From assembly GCF_002113885.1 (NCBI RefSeq), contig NW_018408705.1:98139-162138 (forward strand): a stretch of 64,000 nucleotides of DNA, written 5' to 3'. The translations under genes were made by a program, and so were the position numbers. Shown here one piece after another: positions 12,926-25,906 of the stretch. This DNA is from Mizuhopecten yessoensis (Eukaryota). Under the pieces are notes generated by a model that was given only the letters and a program-made list of their open reading frames with translations, was not told the DNA's origin and searched no databases. The stretch's first letter is position 1. Each line of letters opens with the position of its first letter.

Positions 12926-13932
12926 CGTACGCGTTCGCTGTTTCACCTTGGACGCAAACGCTACTGAAGTGCTACTATACTATCTAGTGTACAGTGTATA
13001 ATGAATCACAGTGTCCCTTTATATAAGATATAGTCCCACTGTTGCAATAATACTGTATTATATGGTAATTCCGCGGGGATGATATTTTCGCGATTTCCTG
13101 GTTCAATAAAGTGATCGCAAAAATATGATCCGCAGAATAATATGACAGCCGTAAAAATGAGCCGCGATAAACTTTATAACCTTAATGCCGTCATGAAATT
13201 GCGAGTATGTGGTTGTAACGATTCATTTACATCAACAGTACTGTAATACAAGATATTTGAAAATAGATTGTATATGTATCGCACATGTAACAGTTTTGTT
13301 AAGGTTTAAACATATTTATTGCCAAAAGTAGACAACGGATTAGGCACAAGTGATATCAACTTATCAACGCCTTCTCCCAATATACATTTTCAATGATATT
13401 ACAATAATGGCAATTAGTTTATACGATTGTATTTTTGAACTCAAAATCTCTAGCTGGATTAATAAAGTTTTACACATACATATCTACAAATGTTTGTGTT
13501 AACGTCACGAAAAAAGGTAAAAATAGTTTTCTAAATAACGCGTTATATGGTAGCAATAAAGGACCGAGTTAGGAATTCCGTTTGCGTAGCACTTCCGTAC
13601 CGTTTGCGTAGCACTTCCGTACTGTTTGCGTAGCACTTTCGTACCGTTTGCGTAGCACTTCCGTACCGTTTCCGTACCAATTGCGTAGTACTTCCGTACC
13701 GTTTGCGTAGCACTTGCGTACTGTTTCCGTACCGATTGCGTAATACTTCCGTACCGTTTGCGTAGCACTACCGTACCGTTTCCGTACCGTTTGCGTAGCG
13801 CTTCCGTACCGTTTCCGTACCGTTTGCGTAGCACTTCCGTACCGTTTCCGTACCGTTTGCGTAGCACTTCCGTACCGTTTCCGTAGCATTTCCGTACCGT
13901 TTGCGTCCCAGGTGGAACAGCGAACGTGTACG
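12926..13932. mobile_element. ~1-kb segment bounded by ~50-bp inverted repeats (MITE-like), containing a nested small MITE and a minisatellite
   Basis: CGTACGCGTTCGCTGTTTCACCTTGGACGCAAACG (12926-12960) is the near-exact reverse complement of 13898-13932. A TACTGT...ACAGTA-bounded insert lies at ~13051-13240. Confidence 0.55.
13578..13905. repeat. Minisatellite of two 11-mers (CCGTACCGTTT and GCGTAGCACTT) forming 22- and 33-bp units
   Basis: Direct inspection; it explains the three repetitive minus-strand ORFs here. Confidence 0.95.
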
Positions 13933-15809
13933 GGTCTGTAAAAACCGTCTCCCAAACAGTCGACAGCGTTTGCCGTAAGAGCAATTCAATAATCTAAATA
14001 TACATTTGTAGTTACAACATATAGATGACAGACACAATTCGATATGAACTATATCATCTCATCAACTCTCCATTTCACCGTCTAAAGTGGGTTTGACAGA
14101 TCATCCGTCAGACGCTGCTGTAACTCTTTTCTCCAAATTGGTTTAAATTAGACTAGAACTATCTATAGAAGCTTTTACAGTTGTATGCTGAACTGAAACT
14201 TTATACATGTATCTGAAATTAGTAGTAAAACAACGGCTAAACGATCAATTCGTACAGAATTTTTTTGATGATATTGATAAAACGATCCGAGTACAAATGT
14301 ACTCCTATTTGAAATCAAATTTTAAACTGGAAGTATATCTAATACTGTGCTGTAAAAACTTGGAGTGAATTTCATTATTTATTTAAATGATAATTCGAAA
14401 TCAATATGTATTACTGTAATCAACTTGATAAAAATGCAAGTTTTCCCCCGATATTTGAGTTTCAAATTATTATTTATGTATGTAAATTTATACATCGAAA
14501 AAAAAAATCTTAATGATATTCTAAAATATAATTTTGTATATATTTTCCTGCTGAATATTTCTTCAAAGTAATATATGATGTTAAGGTGATACATGTTTTC
14601 TACAAATTTACAAAACTATGATATGCTACATGTATATTATCACGTGAATTTGTTACATATACGCACTTACCACTGCCTGTGTCTCTGTTACTTACATGTA
14701 CACTGTTTGTAGATATAGCAGGTCCAGTTCCTCAGTAAATTATTCAAGTCTAAATTCCGGATTTTAACATCATCTCTAATTATACTGTCCTTAACGGGAT
14801 ATTTCGAAATTATAGCTATCTTATACCATCTTGGGGTAAACATGTATTTATGTATTCTCCATACAGAAATGACGCATTTACACAGACTGGCTATATATGT
14901 ACATGCATGCACACAAATGTAACCTGATATGTAGGAGGACTGGCAGCATTCCGTAAACTGTGAAACATGATGTCGAAGCTCGACATCTACGTCTATGCCA
15001 AAACTTCTTAAATACCAACGCCAAGTTTTTAATTGGCGATGTGCAACCTATTTAGCCACTGAACTGAGTATCATGAAGCATGCCGGGTTATTAACCGAAA
15101 GCGACCTCCTGACCTTTATGACATTAAATACAAATTCGAGAAATGTTAACCTTTTTGAATTATGAGTTTATACTTCAGTGGTTTTACTGAATAGTCCCCA
15201 GCCGTGTTAAATTAGACGAAAGCACCATCGCTTGAATATAAGCTGCATCAATACAGCATATGATATATGTCCGTAAAAAAACTCCCAGACAGTGGTATGA
15301 TTACCATCACTAACTTAAAACTCATGTCCTCCCTGCACACAAAACAATATCGAGTTATCGCCAACTTTCAGACATAAATTCAATTGCCATTCTTTTGAAA
15401 TGAATTAGAGCTGTCCGTCGGCGGAGTTATTTGTCTCTGTAAACCCGATCAGTGGCGATCAGCACCAAACTATCACGTGATTTACCCGGCCAGTAACCGA
15501 ATTGACACATATGTTCGCGCCGTGTTTCTACACCGAAGGATTCCGAACATCAACTGAACATATGGCGGTCTGAGATACGATAGAGTGGCGATCATACATT
15601 CTGGGGAAGTCAGGCATGATGTGAAACGGTACGTGGCCTGCTTGTACATGTAGTAAATTGGAAAACTTTATCATTTCACATGAAGCTACAAAAATCAGTA
15701 TAGAATGTTCCCTGAGTGACATGCATTGAAGATGCGTCGAAAATGATTGCGGTAAGCATGGAATTATGTTGTGGTAGGAGAGATTGAGATGGGGAGATGA
15801 TTTTGTCGG

Positions 15810-15922
15810 ATAATGTGATGATGTGTGTGATAATGTGATGATGTGTGTGATAATGTGATGATGTGTGTGATGATGTGATGATGTGTGTGATGATGTGATG
15901 ATGTGTGTGATGATGTGATAAT
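15810..15922. repeat. 19-bp tandem repeat GATGATGTGATGATGTGTG-type
   Basis: About six copies; a shorter copy at ~16342-16395. Confidence 0.85.
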
Positions 15923-15954
15923 CGTGTAAGAGGGCAAGATGAATAGTTTTTCAG

Positions 15955-18900
15955 GATGAGATGGTCATTTTGAAGGCTTGGCGGGGAGTTTAAGAGTATG
16001 AGATGGTAGTGTTGGAGGATGAGAAGGTAGTGTTGAAGGATGAGAAGGTAGTGTTGGAGGATGAGATGGTAGTGTTGGAGGATGAGAAGGTAGTGTTGAA
16101 GGATGAGATGGTAGTGTTGGAGGATGAGGTGGTAGTGTTGGAGGATGAGAAGGGAGAGTTGAAGGATGGGATGGTAGTGTTTGAGGATTTGATGACAGTG
16201 TTTAAGGAGGTGATGGGAGGATGAGATGGTAGTGTTTGAGGATTTGATGATAGTGTTGTAGGATGAGATGGTAGTGTTTGAGGATGAGATGGTAGTCTCG
16301 GAGGATGTGATGGTAGTATTGATGGGGAGATGATTTTGTCGGATAATGTGATCATGTGTGTGATAATGTGATGATGTGTGTGATGATGTGATAATCGTGT
16401 AAGAGGGCAAGATGAATGTTTTTCAGGATGAGATGGTCATTTTGAAGGCTTGGCGGGGAGTTTAAGAGGATGAGATGGTAGTGTTGAAGGATGAGATGGT
16501 AGTGTTGAAGGATTAGATGGTAGTGTTGGAGGATGGGATTGTAGTGTTGAAGGATGAGATGGTAGTGTTGAAGGATGTTACGGTATTGTTTGAGGATGTC
16601 ACGGTAGTGTTTGAGGATTTGATAAAAGTGTTGAAGGATGGGATTAAAGTGTTGGAGTATGTAATGGTAGTGTTATAGGATGAGATGGTAGTGTTGAAGG
16701 ATGGGATTGTAGTGTTGAAGGAGGTGTGGGTAGTGTTGAAAGATGGGATAGTAGTGTTGGGGGATGTTACGATTGTATTGAAGGATGTCATGATAGTGTT
16801 GAAGGATGTGATGATAGTGTTGAAGGATTGGATTGTAGCATTGAAGGATGTCATGGAAGCATTGGAGGATGTCATGATAGTGTTGAAGGATGTGATGATA
16901 GTGTTAAAGGATGGGATTGTAGTGTGGAAGGATGCCATGGAAGTGTTGGAGGATGGGATGATAGGGTTGAAGGATTGGATTGTAGTGTGGAAGGATGTGA
17001 TGGTAGTGTTGGAGGATGTGATTATAGTGTTGAAGGATGGAATGGTAGTGTTGAAAGATGTCATGGAAGTGTTGGAGGTTGTGATGATAGTGTTAAAGGA
17101 AGTGATGGTAGTGTTGAAGGATGAGATGGTAGTGTTGGAGGATGTAATGGTAGTGCTGAAGGAAGTGATGGAAGTGTTGAAGGAAGCGATGCTAGTGTTG
17201 AAGGATGGGATTGTAGTGTTGAAGGATGAGATGGTAGTGTTGGAGGATGAAATGGTAGTGCTGAAGGAAGTGATGGAAGTGTTGAAGGAAGCGATGATAG
17301 TGTTGAAGGAGGTGATTATAGTGTTGAAGGATGGAATGGTAGTGTTGAAGGATGTCATGGAAGTGTTGGAGGTTGTGATGATAGTGTTGAAGGAAGTGAT
17401 GATAGTGTTTAAGGATGGGATGGTAGTGTTGGAGGATGTAATGGTAGTGCTGAAGGAAGTGATGGAAGTGTTGAAGGAAGCGATGCTAGTGTTGAAGGAT
17501 GGGATGGTAGTGTTGAAGGAGGTGATGATAGTGTTGAAGGATGTCATGGAAGTGTTGGAGGATGTAATGGTAGTGTTGGAGGATGTGATGGTAGCGTATT
17601 AGGATGGGTTGGTAGTGTGTGAGGATGGGATTGTAGTGTTGAAAGGTTTGATGAAAGTGTTGAAGGATGGGATGGAAATGTTGAATGATGTAATGGAAGT
17701 GATGAAGGATGTAGTGATAGTGTTGAAAGAGGTGATGGTAGTGTTGAAGGAGGTAATGGTAGTGTTGAAGGATGTTAGTGTAGTGTTTGAAGAAAGGTTG
17801 ATAGTGTTAGACGATGATATGGTAGTTTTGCAGGATGGGATAGTAGTGTTGGAGGATGTGATGATAGTGTTTGAGGATTGGATGGTAGTGTTGAAGGATG
17901 TGATGGTTTTGTTTGAGGATGTGACGGTAGTGTTTGAGGATGGAATTGTACTGTTGATGGATGTCATGGCAGTGTCGGAGGATGTGATGGTAGTGTTTGA
18001 GGATATGATGACAGTGTTTGAGGATGTGATGTAAATGTTGGAGGATGTGATGGTAGTTTTGGAGGATGAGAAGGTAGTGTTGAAGGATGAGAAGGATGTG
18101 ATGGTTTTGTTTGAGGATGTGACGGTAGTGTTTGAGGATGGAATTGTACTGTTGATGGATGTCATGGCAGTGTTGAAGGATATGATGGTAGTGTTTGAGG
18201 GTGACACGATAGTGTTGGAGGATTTGATGATAGTATTGAAGGAGGTGAATGTAGCGTTAGATGGTGTGACGGTAGTGTTTGAGGATTTGATGACAGTGTT
18301 TAAGGAGGTGATGGTTTTGTTAAAGGATGTGATGATAGTGTTTGAAGAATGTGATGATAGGGTTGAAGGATGTGATGGTAGTGTTGGATGATGTGATAGT
18401 AGTGTTGAAGGATGTGATGGTAGTTTTGGAGGATGTGATGGTAGTATTGGAGAATGTGATGGTAGTTTTAATGATGGGATGGTAGCGTTGGAGGATGTGA
18501 TGGTAGTGTTGGAGAATGTGATGGTAGTGTTTGAGGATGTGATGGTAGTCTCGGAGGATGTGATGGTAGTATTGAAGGATGTGGTAGTAGTGTTGGAGGA
18601 TGTGATGGTAGTGTTGGAGGATGTGATGGTAGTGTTGGAGAATGTGTTGGTAGTTTTACTGATGGGATTGTAGTGTTGGAGGATATGATGGTAGTGTTTG
18701 TGGATGGAATTGTAGTGTTGAAGGAATTGATGGTTGTATTTGAGGATGAAACGGTAGTGTTGGAGAATGTGATGGTAGTGTTTGAGGAGGAGAAGGTAGT
18801 GTTGAAGGAGGAGAAGGTAGTGTTGAAGGAGGAGAAGGTAGTGTTGAAGGAGGAGAAGGTAGTGTTGAAGGAGGAGAAGGTAATGTTGAAGGATGAGAAG

Positions 18901-19415
18901 GTAGTGTTGAAGGATGAGAAGGTAGTGTTGAAGAATGAGAAGGTAGTGTTGAAGGAGAAGGTAGTGTTGAAGGATGAGAAGGTAATGTTGAAGGATGAGA
19001 AGGTAGTGTTGAAGGAGAAGGTAGTGTTGAAGGATGAGAAGGTAGTATTGAAGGAAGAAAGGGTAGTTTTGAAAGAGGAGAAGGTAGTGTTGAAGAATGA
19101 GAAGGTAGTGTTGAAGGAGGAGAAGGTAGTGTTGAAGGATGAGAAGGTAGTATTGAAGGAAGAGAAGGTAGTGTTGAAGGAGGAGAAGGTAGTGTTGAAG
19201 GAGGAGAAGGTAGTGTTGAAGGAGGAGAAGGTAGTGTTGAAGGATGAGAAGGTAGTGTTGAAGGATGAGAAGGTAGTGTTGAAGGAGGAGAAGGAAATGT
19301 TGAAGGAGGAGAAGGTAGTGTTGAAGAAAAAGAAGGTAGTTTTAAGAATGATATGGTAGTGTTGAAAGGTGAGTTGGTAACGTTTAAGGATGAGATGGTA
19401 GTGTTGGAGGATTAG
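15955..19415. repeat. ~3.4-kb VNTR with a 21-bp unit (consensus GATGGTAGTGTTGAAGGATG(A/T))
   Basis: Well over 100 units, very C-poor on the + strand. Gives heptad ORFs VVLKD/EE(M/K) on + and S/T-rich SFNTTI(T/S) on -. Confidence 0.97.
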
Positions 19416-21071
19416 ATTATCATGTGGAAAGTAGAGATGATAATTTCATGGGAAGTTGAAATTATTGCAGGGACAATGAGTTGCTTCTGAGTTGGGGTGA
19501 CCTGATCGTATGGGAGTACATGAATAAAATAATGTTATACTGAATTCCTTATTCATACCGTACAAAGGGCTTGATTGTACGGGTATCGGAACATACACAT
19601 CTGAAAGATAATAGAGGAAGCGGTATCGATTTAGACTATATAATGTTAGCACTAGCTAACAGTGTCAACGATTAAGCTGTTATTGAATTATAGGCTTTGT
19701 CGTAAATATCTAGTTATAGTATACGCTCCTAGGAAATAGTGAGTTTAATTTCGTTCTAGAATCCAAAAACGTTATACATAGTAGTCAATAAGCATGTTTG
19801 AATGATGTTGACTTTCATTGAACAATTGCATTAGACACGTAAACGTAATTTACCGCTACATCGGCGCACTTCCGACGTACATAAAGTTCACTGATGTTAC
19901 CAGGACGGAACGCGTGCTTTTATGGGTTCTTATAGTTCAACCGGAAGTGACCTTGCTTGATCTCAACTTGACCAACCGGAAACTGCTGGTATAAATTGTT
20001 GGCATCAGAAGAATTAATTCGTGTTTTTTAATCGCAGTCGCTGTTTTATATGAATAGTTTACCAGCCTGAAAGTTAGAGATAGGAGAAAGTAGCGTTCCG
20101 GAACAATCTTCCAGTTCCCGGACCTTCATTTGTAATAACCAGCTCCCTCACATGCACCAAAATCACGTGTCCCCTTTGCTGGACATGCGTGTGTCGCCGG
20201 AAACTCTTGACGACTTTTTGGAATTATAATACACTACGGTACCACTGATCAGATACCTCCTATGCATATTTTATCGTTTACGTTGGATAAGTATTGGGTT
20301 CTACTGGTAGAACACGAAGAAGGCAAACAGCCCGCTATCAAAGTCGGATATCTACACACCGTGAACGACTTCAATCAAGTGTGCAAGACGTTTAAAAGAA
20401 TGATGTTTATTCTCATGTAATACATTGGTTAAGAGCAGGTATTTAAGAGTAGATAGAATAGCGTGATACGTATACATTTATGTAACTATAGACTAACTGC
20501 ACTGTTGACAGCGAGGTATACGGCCATGCTTGACGCTTTCTTGCATGGAAAATTCAATAACAATTTATAGATACTTATTTTAATTGGCATTATGCAAATA
20601 ATCGATATCCGGTACAGTTTCTGTTAGTGATGGACTAAACATCGTTTCTTTGAATTCCACATGAATGTGAAAACCAACTGTTGCCTTGCCCCCTAGGTGC
20701 CAGCCTGTGAGGTTTTGACAAACCTCATATCTTTTTGAAAGGTTTTGTGGTTTTAGATGACGGAAACATTGGCTTCAGGGTGCGCTACCGCACCGCTTAG
20801 AACAGAGAGCGCTTTGGAAAGTACAAGGAAAGAAAAGCTAATGGAACAAATTAGCAAAACACCCGCCGGTGAAGGTCTATGTACCAGATGAGAGGTAGTC
20901 CACGACACATGGTTACGCGCCAGATAAGACATCGGTGAAGCATATGTATATGAACGTCAGATCGTTGTATCTCGCAATGCAAATAAAGGTATGATTTAAT
21001 GATCTACAAAATATCTATTTGACTGAAGTAACATATGTTTTAAACGTTATTTTTATTACACATACAAAATG

Positions 21072-22230
21072 TACCGTGAAACCTCTTTGGAACGGATGCT
21101 GTGAAATCTGTTTAAACAGGAAAACGTGGAACCTTGTTAGACCGAACACCTTAGCATATAGTTAGACTGTACACCATGGAATCTCGTTAGTCCGAACATC
21201 GTGGCATATAGTTAGACTGCAAACCATATAATCTCGTTAGACCGAACACCATGCCTTAAAGTTAGACTGCAAACCACAGAATCTCGTTAAACCCAACACC
21301 GTGGCATATAGTTAGACAGCAAACCATAGAATCTCGTTAGACCGAACACCATGGCATTTAATTAGACTGCAAACCATAGAATCTCGTTAGAACCAACACC
21401 GTGGCATATAATTTAGACTGCAAACCATAGTATCTCGTTAGACCGAACACCGTGGTATATAGTTAGACTACAAACCATAGAATCTCGTTAGACCGAACAC
21501 CATGGCATATAATTAGACTGCAAACCATAGAATCTCGTTAGACCCAACACCGTGGCATATAGTTAACTGCAAACCATAGTATCTCGTTAGACCGAACACC
21601 GTGGTATATAGTTAAACTGCAAACCATAGAATCTCGTTAGACCGAACATCATAGCATATAATTAGACTGCAAACCATGGAATCTCGTTAGACCCAACACC
21701 GTGGCATATAGTTAAGACTGCAAACCATAGTATATCGTTAGACCTAACACCGTGGCATATAGTCAGACTGTACACCATGGAATATCATAAGACCTGACAC
21801 CATGGTATACAGTTTGACAAGACATCATAGAATTTCGTTTTATCTGATGACTGAAATATTTTCAAACAGGAAAATCAGCATTCTTAACCTCGTTAGATCG
21901 GACAACGTGAAACCACGTTAAACCAGACACCATGGTACATGTATAAAGTTAGACCAGACACTGTAGAATTTCGTTAGAGCGGATGCCGTGAATATTCATT
22001 AAACAGGAAAATTAAAATCTTGTTAGACCTGACACTATGGAACTTCGTTATATCACATAGAACCTTGTTAGACCGGATATCGTCGAACCTCGATAGAACT
22101 TCATGGAAAGCAAGATGTGGAACATCGCTAAATCGATAACTGTGGAATTAGTCAGAACGGGAACCATTGAACCTCTTGAGATAAAATAATGTGGATTCAA
22201 AAAGTGTGCAGATTAGGTAACTGTCAATAT
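21072..22230 (+). repeat. 50-bp minisatellite (two GTTAGAC-starting subunits) with decayed flanks, probably amplified inside a pogo/Tc1-type MITE
   Basis: Unit GTTAGACTGCAAACCATAGAATCTCGTTAGACCGAACACCGTGGCATATA at 21161, 21211, 21261, 21311...; ~13 well-conserved copies to ~21810. The region starts TACCGTGAAACCTC. Confidence 0.9.
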
Positions 22231-23804
22231 TATTACATTAACGCATCGTGAACCCGAGGACCAATAGTACGTTTCCGGACGATATGACTCAATTGTTCTT
22301 ACGATCTCAACTTATCCTCCAACAAAATTCACTGATTTGTTGAAAGCTCATTAACAAAACATTATTATATAAATCAAAGATATAGCAAACTCTGTCATAG
22401 GTCAACAGCCGATATCATTAACTTTAATTTACTTTTCTGGAAAAAATGCGAAAAAGAATCAGTAAGATATATCTATATAGAAATGTAATATGTTTTTGAA
22501 CTGGTGCCACTAGGAACAACTGAGATTTGCCATAAGGAAGGTACGGTGCTGTATAGGCTTGAAGCCTCACATTTCCTGGGAGAATCCCGCAGTAATAATT
22601 AGGGGTTTTAGTCTGTACAATACGACTTGAGAATGGATATATTGGTATAACGGAACGCATTATTACACGTGAAGGGTTAGGCACGAGACGGCCGTGGATG
22701 AGCGGAAAGCCGAGTACAGTCCAGCGCGTCTCGCAGTCAAAGAACATCTAATAAGCGTCTATTGGATGACAAGACAAATCGCTAACTGCACGTGGCCGAA
22801 TATAAGCAAATACCCCGTTGTAGCAGAGATGTACGGTCGCCTTTCCCGCCGTCAGCACGGAGGCTGGCACTTTGATTAACAGTTACAGACAGCTTTTTAG
22901 ATATCGTCGTTAGCCAATCAAAAGCAAGCATTACTGAGGAGCCGTGGGTGAGGACAGAACTCAGGTTCTCCTCCACAAGTACATCCCCGCTCTCACTGAA
23001 ACCCGGATTAACGCACATCCTCCTATTGACCGGAATAAAATGTGAATTAATATTTTTGGATCTTGGGGAAAAGAAATGAGTGTTTTGATCTAATGTTAAT
23101 CAAAGCAATGTGATTTTAATTGTCCTTTTGTGGATAGAAACCTGGGTCAACGTGCATAATTGTTAATCTGTTTCTGAGAGGACTATTTCCCGAGATTGGA
23201 CTAACCGGTACTTGGCGACCTTTACGTAAGTGTAGACTCTTTATGTAGTTTGTTTTGCAATCATTTCGGTTCAATGTTGATAGAACAAAGACACATATGT
23301 AAATAATGTTCAGCGATATTAACTGACTTATAATGTCAAAACTGTTTGAAAAGTAAATTATTATTGGAATGGTTTATGAATATAAAGTATAACCACTATT
23401 GGTATGGCTGATGATTGAAGAGTATCAACGAAAATATACTCTATACAAAGTAAAACGAATTACATAAGCGAACATGGCATTGTTAATGATTATAGTGTAC
23501 TAACTACTGTATATATACTGTATATAAAATGTAACGACGGAAGTTATAGATAAAAATACATGTTCATGTTTATACGAATATAAATTTACATTTGTCTGCA
23601 TCTTCAATTTCAATGCATTGAGAAGGCAAATGTTGTTATCAGACTATAACAACAACAGCATTTGTTATTGTAACGTCATCAATCTCTATTGTGACGTTAA
23701 CAATTTCATTGTTGTCAAGACTTGATTTGCTGTTCAAAGAACTGTTCGAAATAACTAAATAAAGCATTACTACTCTACTCTATAAAAATGTGAATTGATA
23801 TCGA

Positions 23805-23890
23805 GTAAAACCTCGATATAATGCTAAAACCCTTTATGACGCCAAACTGTCTCTGGACAAATGATGGCAGTATAACGAGGTTTTACTGTA
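23805..23890. mobile_element. Small pogo/Tigger-like MITE remnant
   Basis: GTAAAACCTCGATATA ... TATAACGAGGTTTTACTG-TA inverted termini. Confidence 0.6.
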
Positions 23891-25710
23891 TACATATCAG
23901 TCCCGTAAGAACAATGATACATGTAGGAAACTATTTGTATTATATACATTGTATATTGGTTGTATAGCTGCAATATACTGATACAGATGTAATGCAAATT
24001 AAAATAAATAAGATATTTCGATCGATTATAGATGACGTATTATAATGTACAATTAAGTTTAGGTAAAGCGTCAATATCGTGTCTTCAAAAAAACAAATTA
24101 TTATTTAAATAATGATACATGTAATTGAATATTAATGATAACTTTTCTTATTACTTGTGTAAATATATACTTTTGTGATTTTACTATTAAATATTTCGAC
24201 TCGGATTTTCAGGACACAAAACCCCCCAGATAATCCTTGCTAACCGTAGTTAGACTTATGGAATAATTAAACGTAATAACTCCCTTTCGAATGAGGCGAA
24301 GGGATGGGTAATACAAATGTTAACCAACTCCTAGCAGGTTTATTCAATGAGTCGGGATTGAGGAAACCATTCGAATTCAGGAGAGAAAGTATGTATTCCT
24401 TCACTTGAAATATATGCAGATATTTTTTTAAAACAAAGAGTTAACATCACACATGTATTGCCCTTGCAATATGGAAACACTATCTTTCGCCTCTCTGAGA
24501 TTAATCATGTTAAAAAATAGTATCTCAAGGAAACAATGAATAGTTATTCCCTATCACACGTGTGGTTAATATTTGATAATAAAGAAATGGTACGGCTGAC
24601 GCGCCATTGTTGTCGGCTGCTTTCGTCACTTGGAACTCATGTGTAGTGCTCTTGCTCACCATTTTAGAGAGGCATTCCGTCAGAGAAATATGAATGGGGA
24701 AACTCGAGCGCGAAAGTTAAAAACGGCGTTTTATTTCTCGGCCATATGATCGATAAAATACATGTACGATCAGGAACACTGCAATACAGTATAGGAAATA
24801 CAATAAGATGTTTATTACATGACTTCTTTTTGCTCCTCTGTCAATGTCTAAACTTTCCATCACAGGTATTAATGAAATACAATCATATAATAAGTTGAAC
24901 TGCCGAACTCTTGCTCGAGGGGTTATCATTCAACAATCCGATAATCTTTGCTGAAAATAGTAACATAATCTTTCTATGACAAATTATTTTTATACCAATC
25001 ACAATGGCGGATTGTCTATCGGCGGATTTAGTCGCGTTGTAAATACAACGACGCGCAGACCCCGAAAACCGAGTGAAATGTACATGAAACTTGTTCTATC
25101 GATATTTTGTTAATTCTATGTATTCATAGTATTGATATTCTTTTGTTTCCTGTGAATAAAGGAAAGAAATCCGGCTGAGTCACAATGGACATTTTATATG
25201 TCTAAAACAGCTGTTAACGTATTTGATATTAGCACAGTGATCCTCTGAAACCTCAAAAGGAGACATTTCCCTCAGCCTCTGGCCTCACGGAGTACAATAA
25301 TGTATCTGCAAACACATTTCTTGTGTTAAAAATCCTTGTATTTACAAGTATCAACATTACCGCTGAAAGACCAGGTATAGATATTGGGTTATGAACCCAA
25401 TCGGATCAGAGTCATTTTGAAGCTTCTCTGTCTTATGTAAGATTATCGGAAGAAGCAAACATTTGGGTGACGTAACGCTGTTATACTTCAATATCAGGGA
25501 ATTCTTATACATTGTAATTAGATATCTAATGACTGTACACTTGTAATGTATTTATGTAAGTTCAACGGAATGTTTTTACTTTCATGCCGGTATTAATTAT
25601 AATATCAATTCGTTTTACAATTCATGGATTGTATAATAATAAGTGTTACTATGGCAATCATGTTTACAAGTCCACGGTGGTGATGAAATGGAAACAACAA
25701 CAAAATATGT

Positions 25711-25906
25711 CCCCCCTGATTATGAATATCACAAGTGTTGTTACAGTCAAGAACACGCAGTTGTTATCATATCTTTATCATTATCGTCTATACAAGTTTG
25801 GGGCAATTGTAATATTTCAGATGTGAACAAAACCTGTCAAAGACATGGCATCAACAACACATCGTTTCCATGACACGGCCTCAAAAAGTGTCAGTGTACG
25901 CACCAT
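25711..25906 (+). repeat. ~195-bp sequence with an inverted copy at 34696-34890
   Basis: Reverse-complement alignment by eye; the ORF track shows matching peptides (SPLIMNITSV...LYKFGAIVIFQ). Confidence 0.9.

Noticed and set aside
13505-14037. Three repetitive minus-strand ORFs
   Set aside because: They are products of the 11/22/33-bp minisatellite.
15676-16410. His-rich 244-aa ORF
   Set aside because: An alternative frame of the 19- and 21-bp repeats; no independent coding evidence.
21136-21810. CRISPR-like regularly spaced repeats
   Set aside because: The intervening sequence is also repeated (no unique spacers), there are no cas genes, and the context is eukaryotic.
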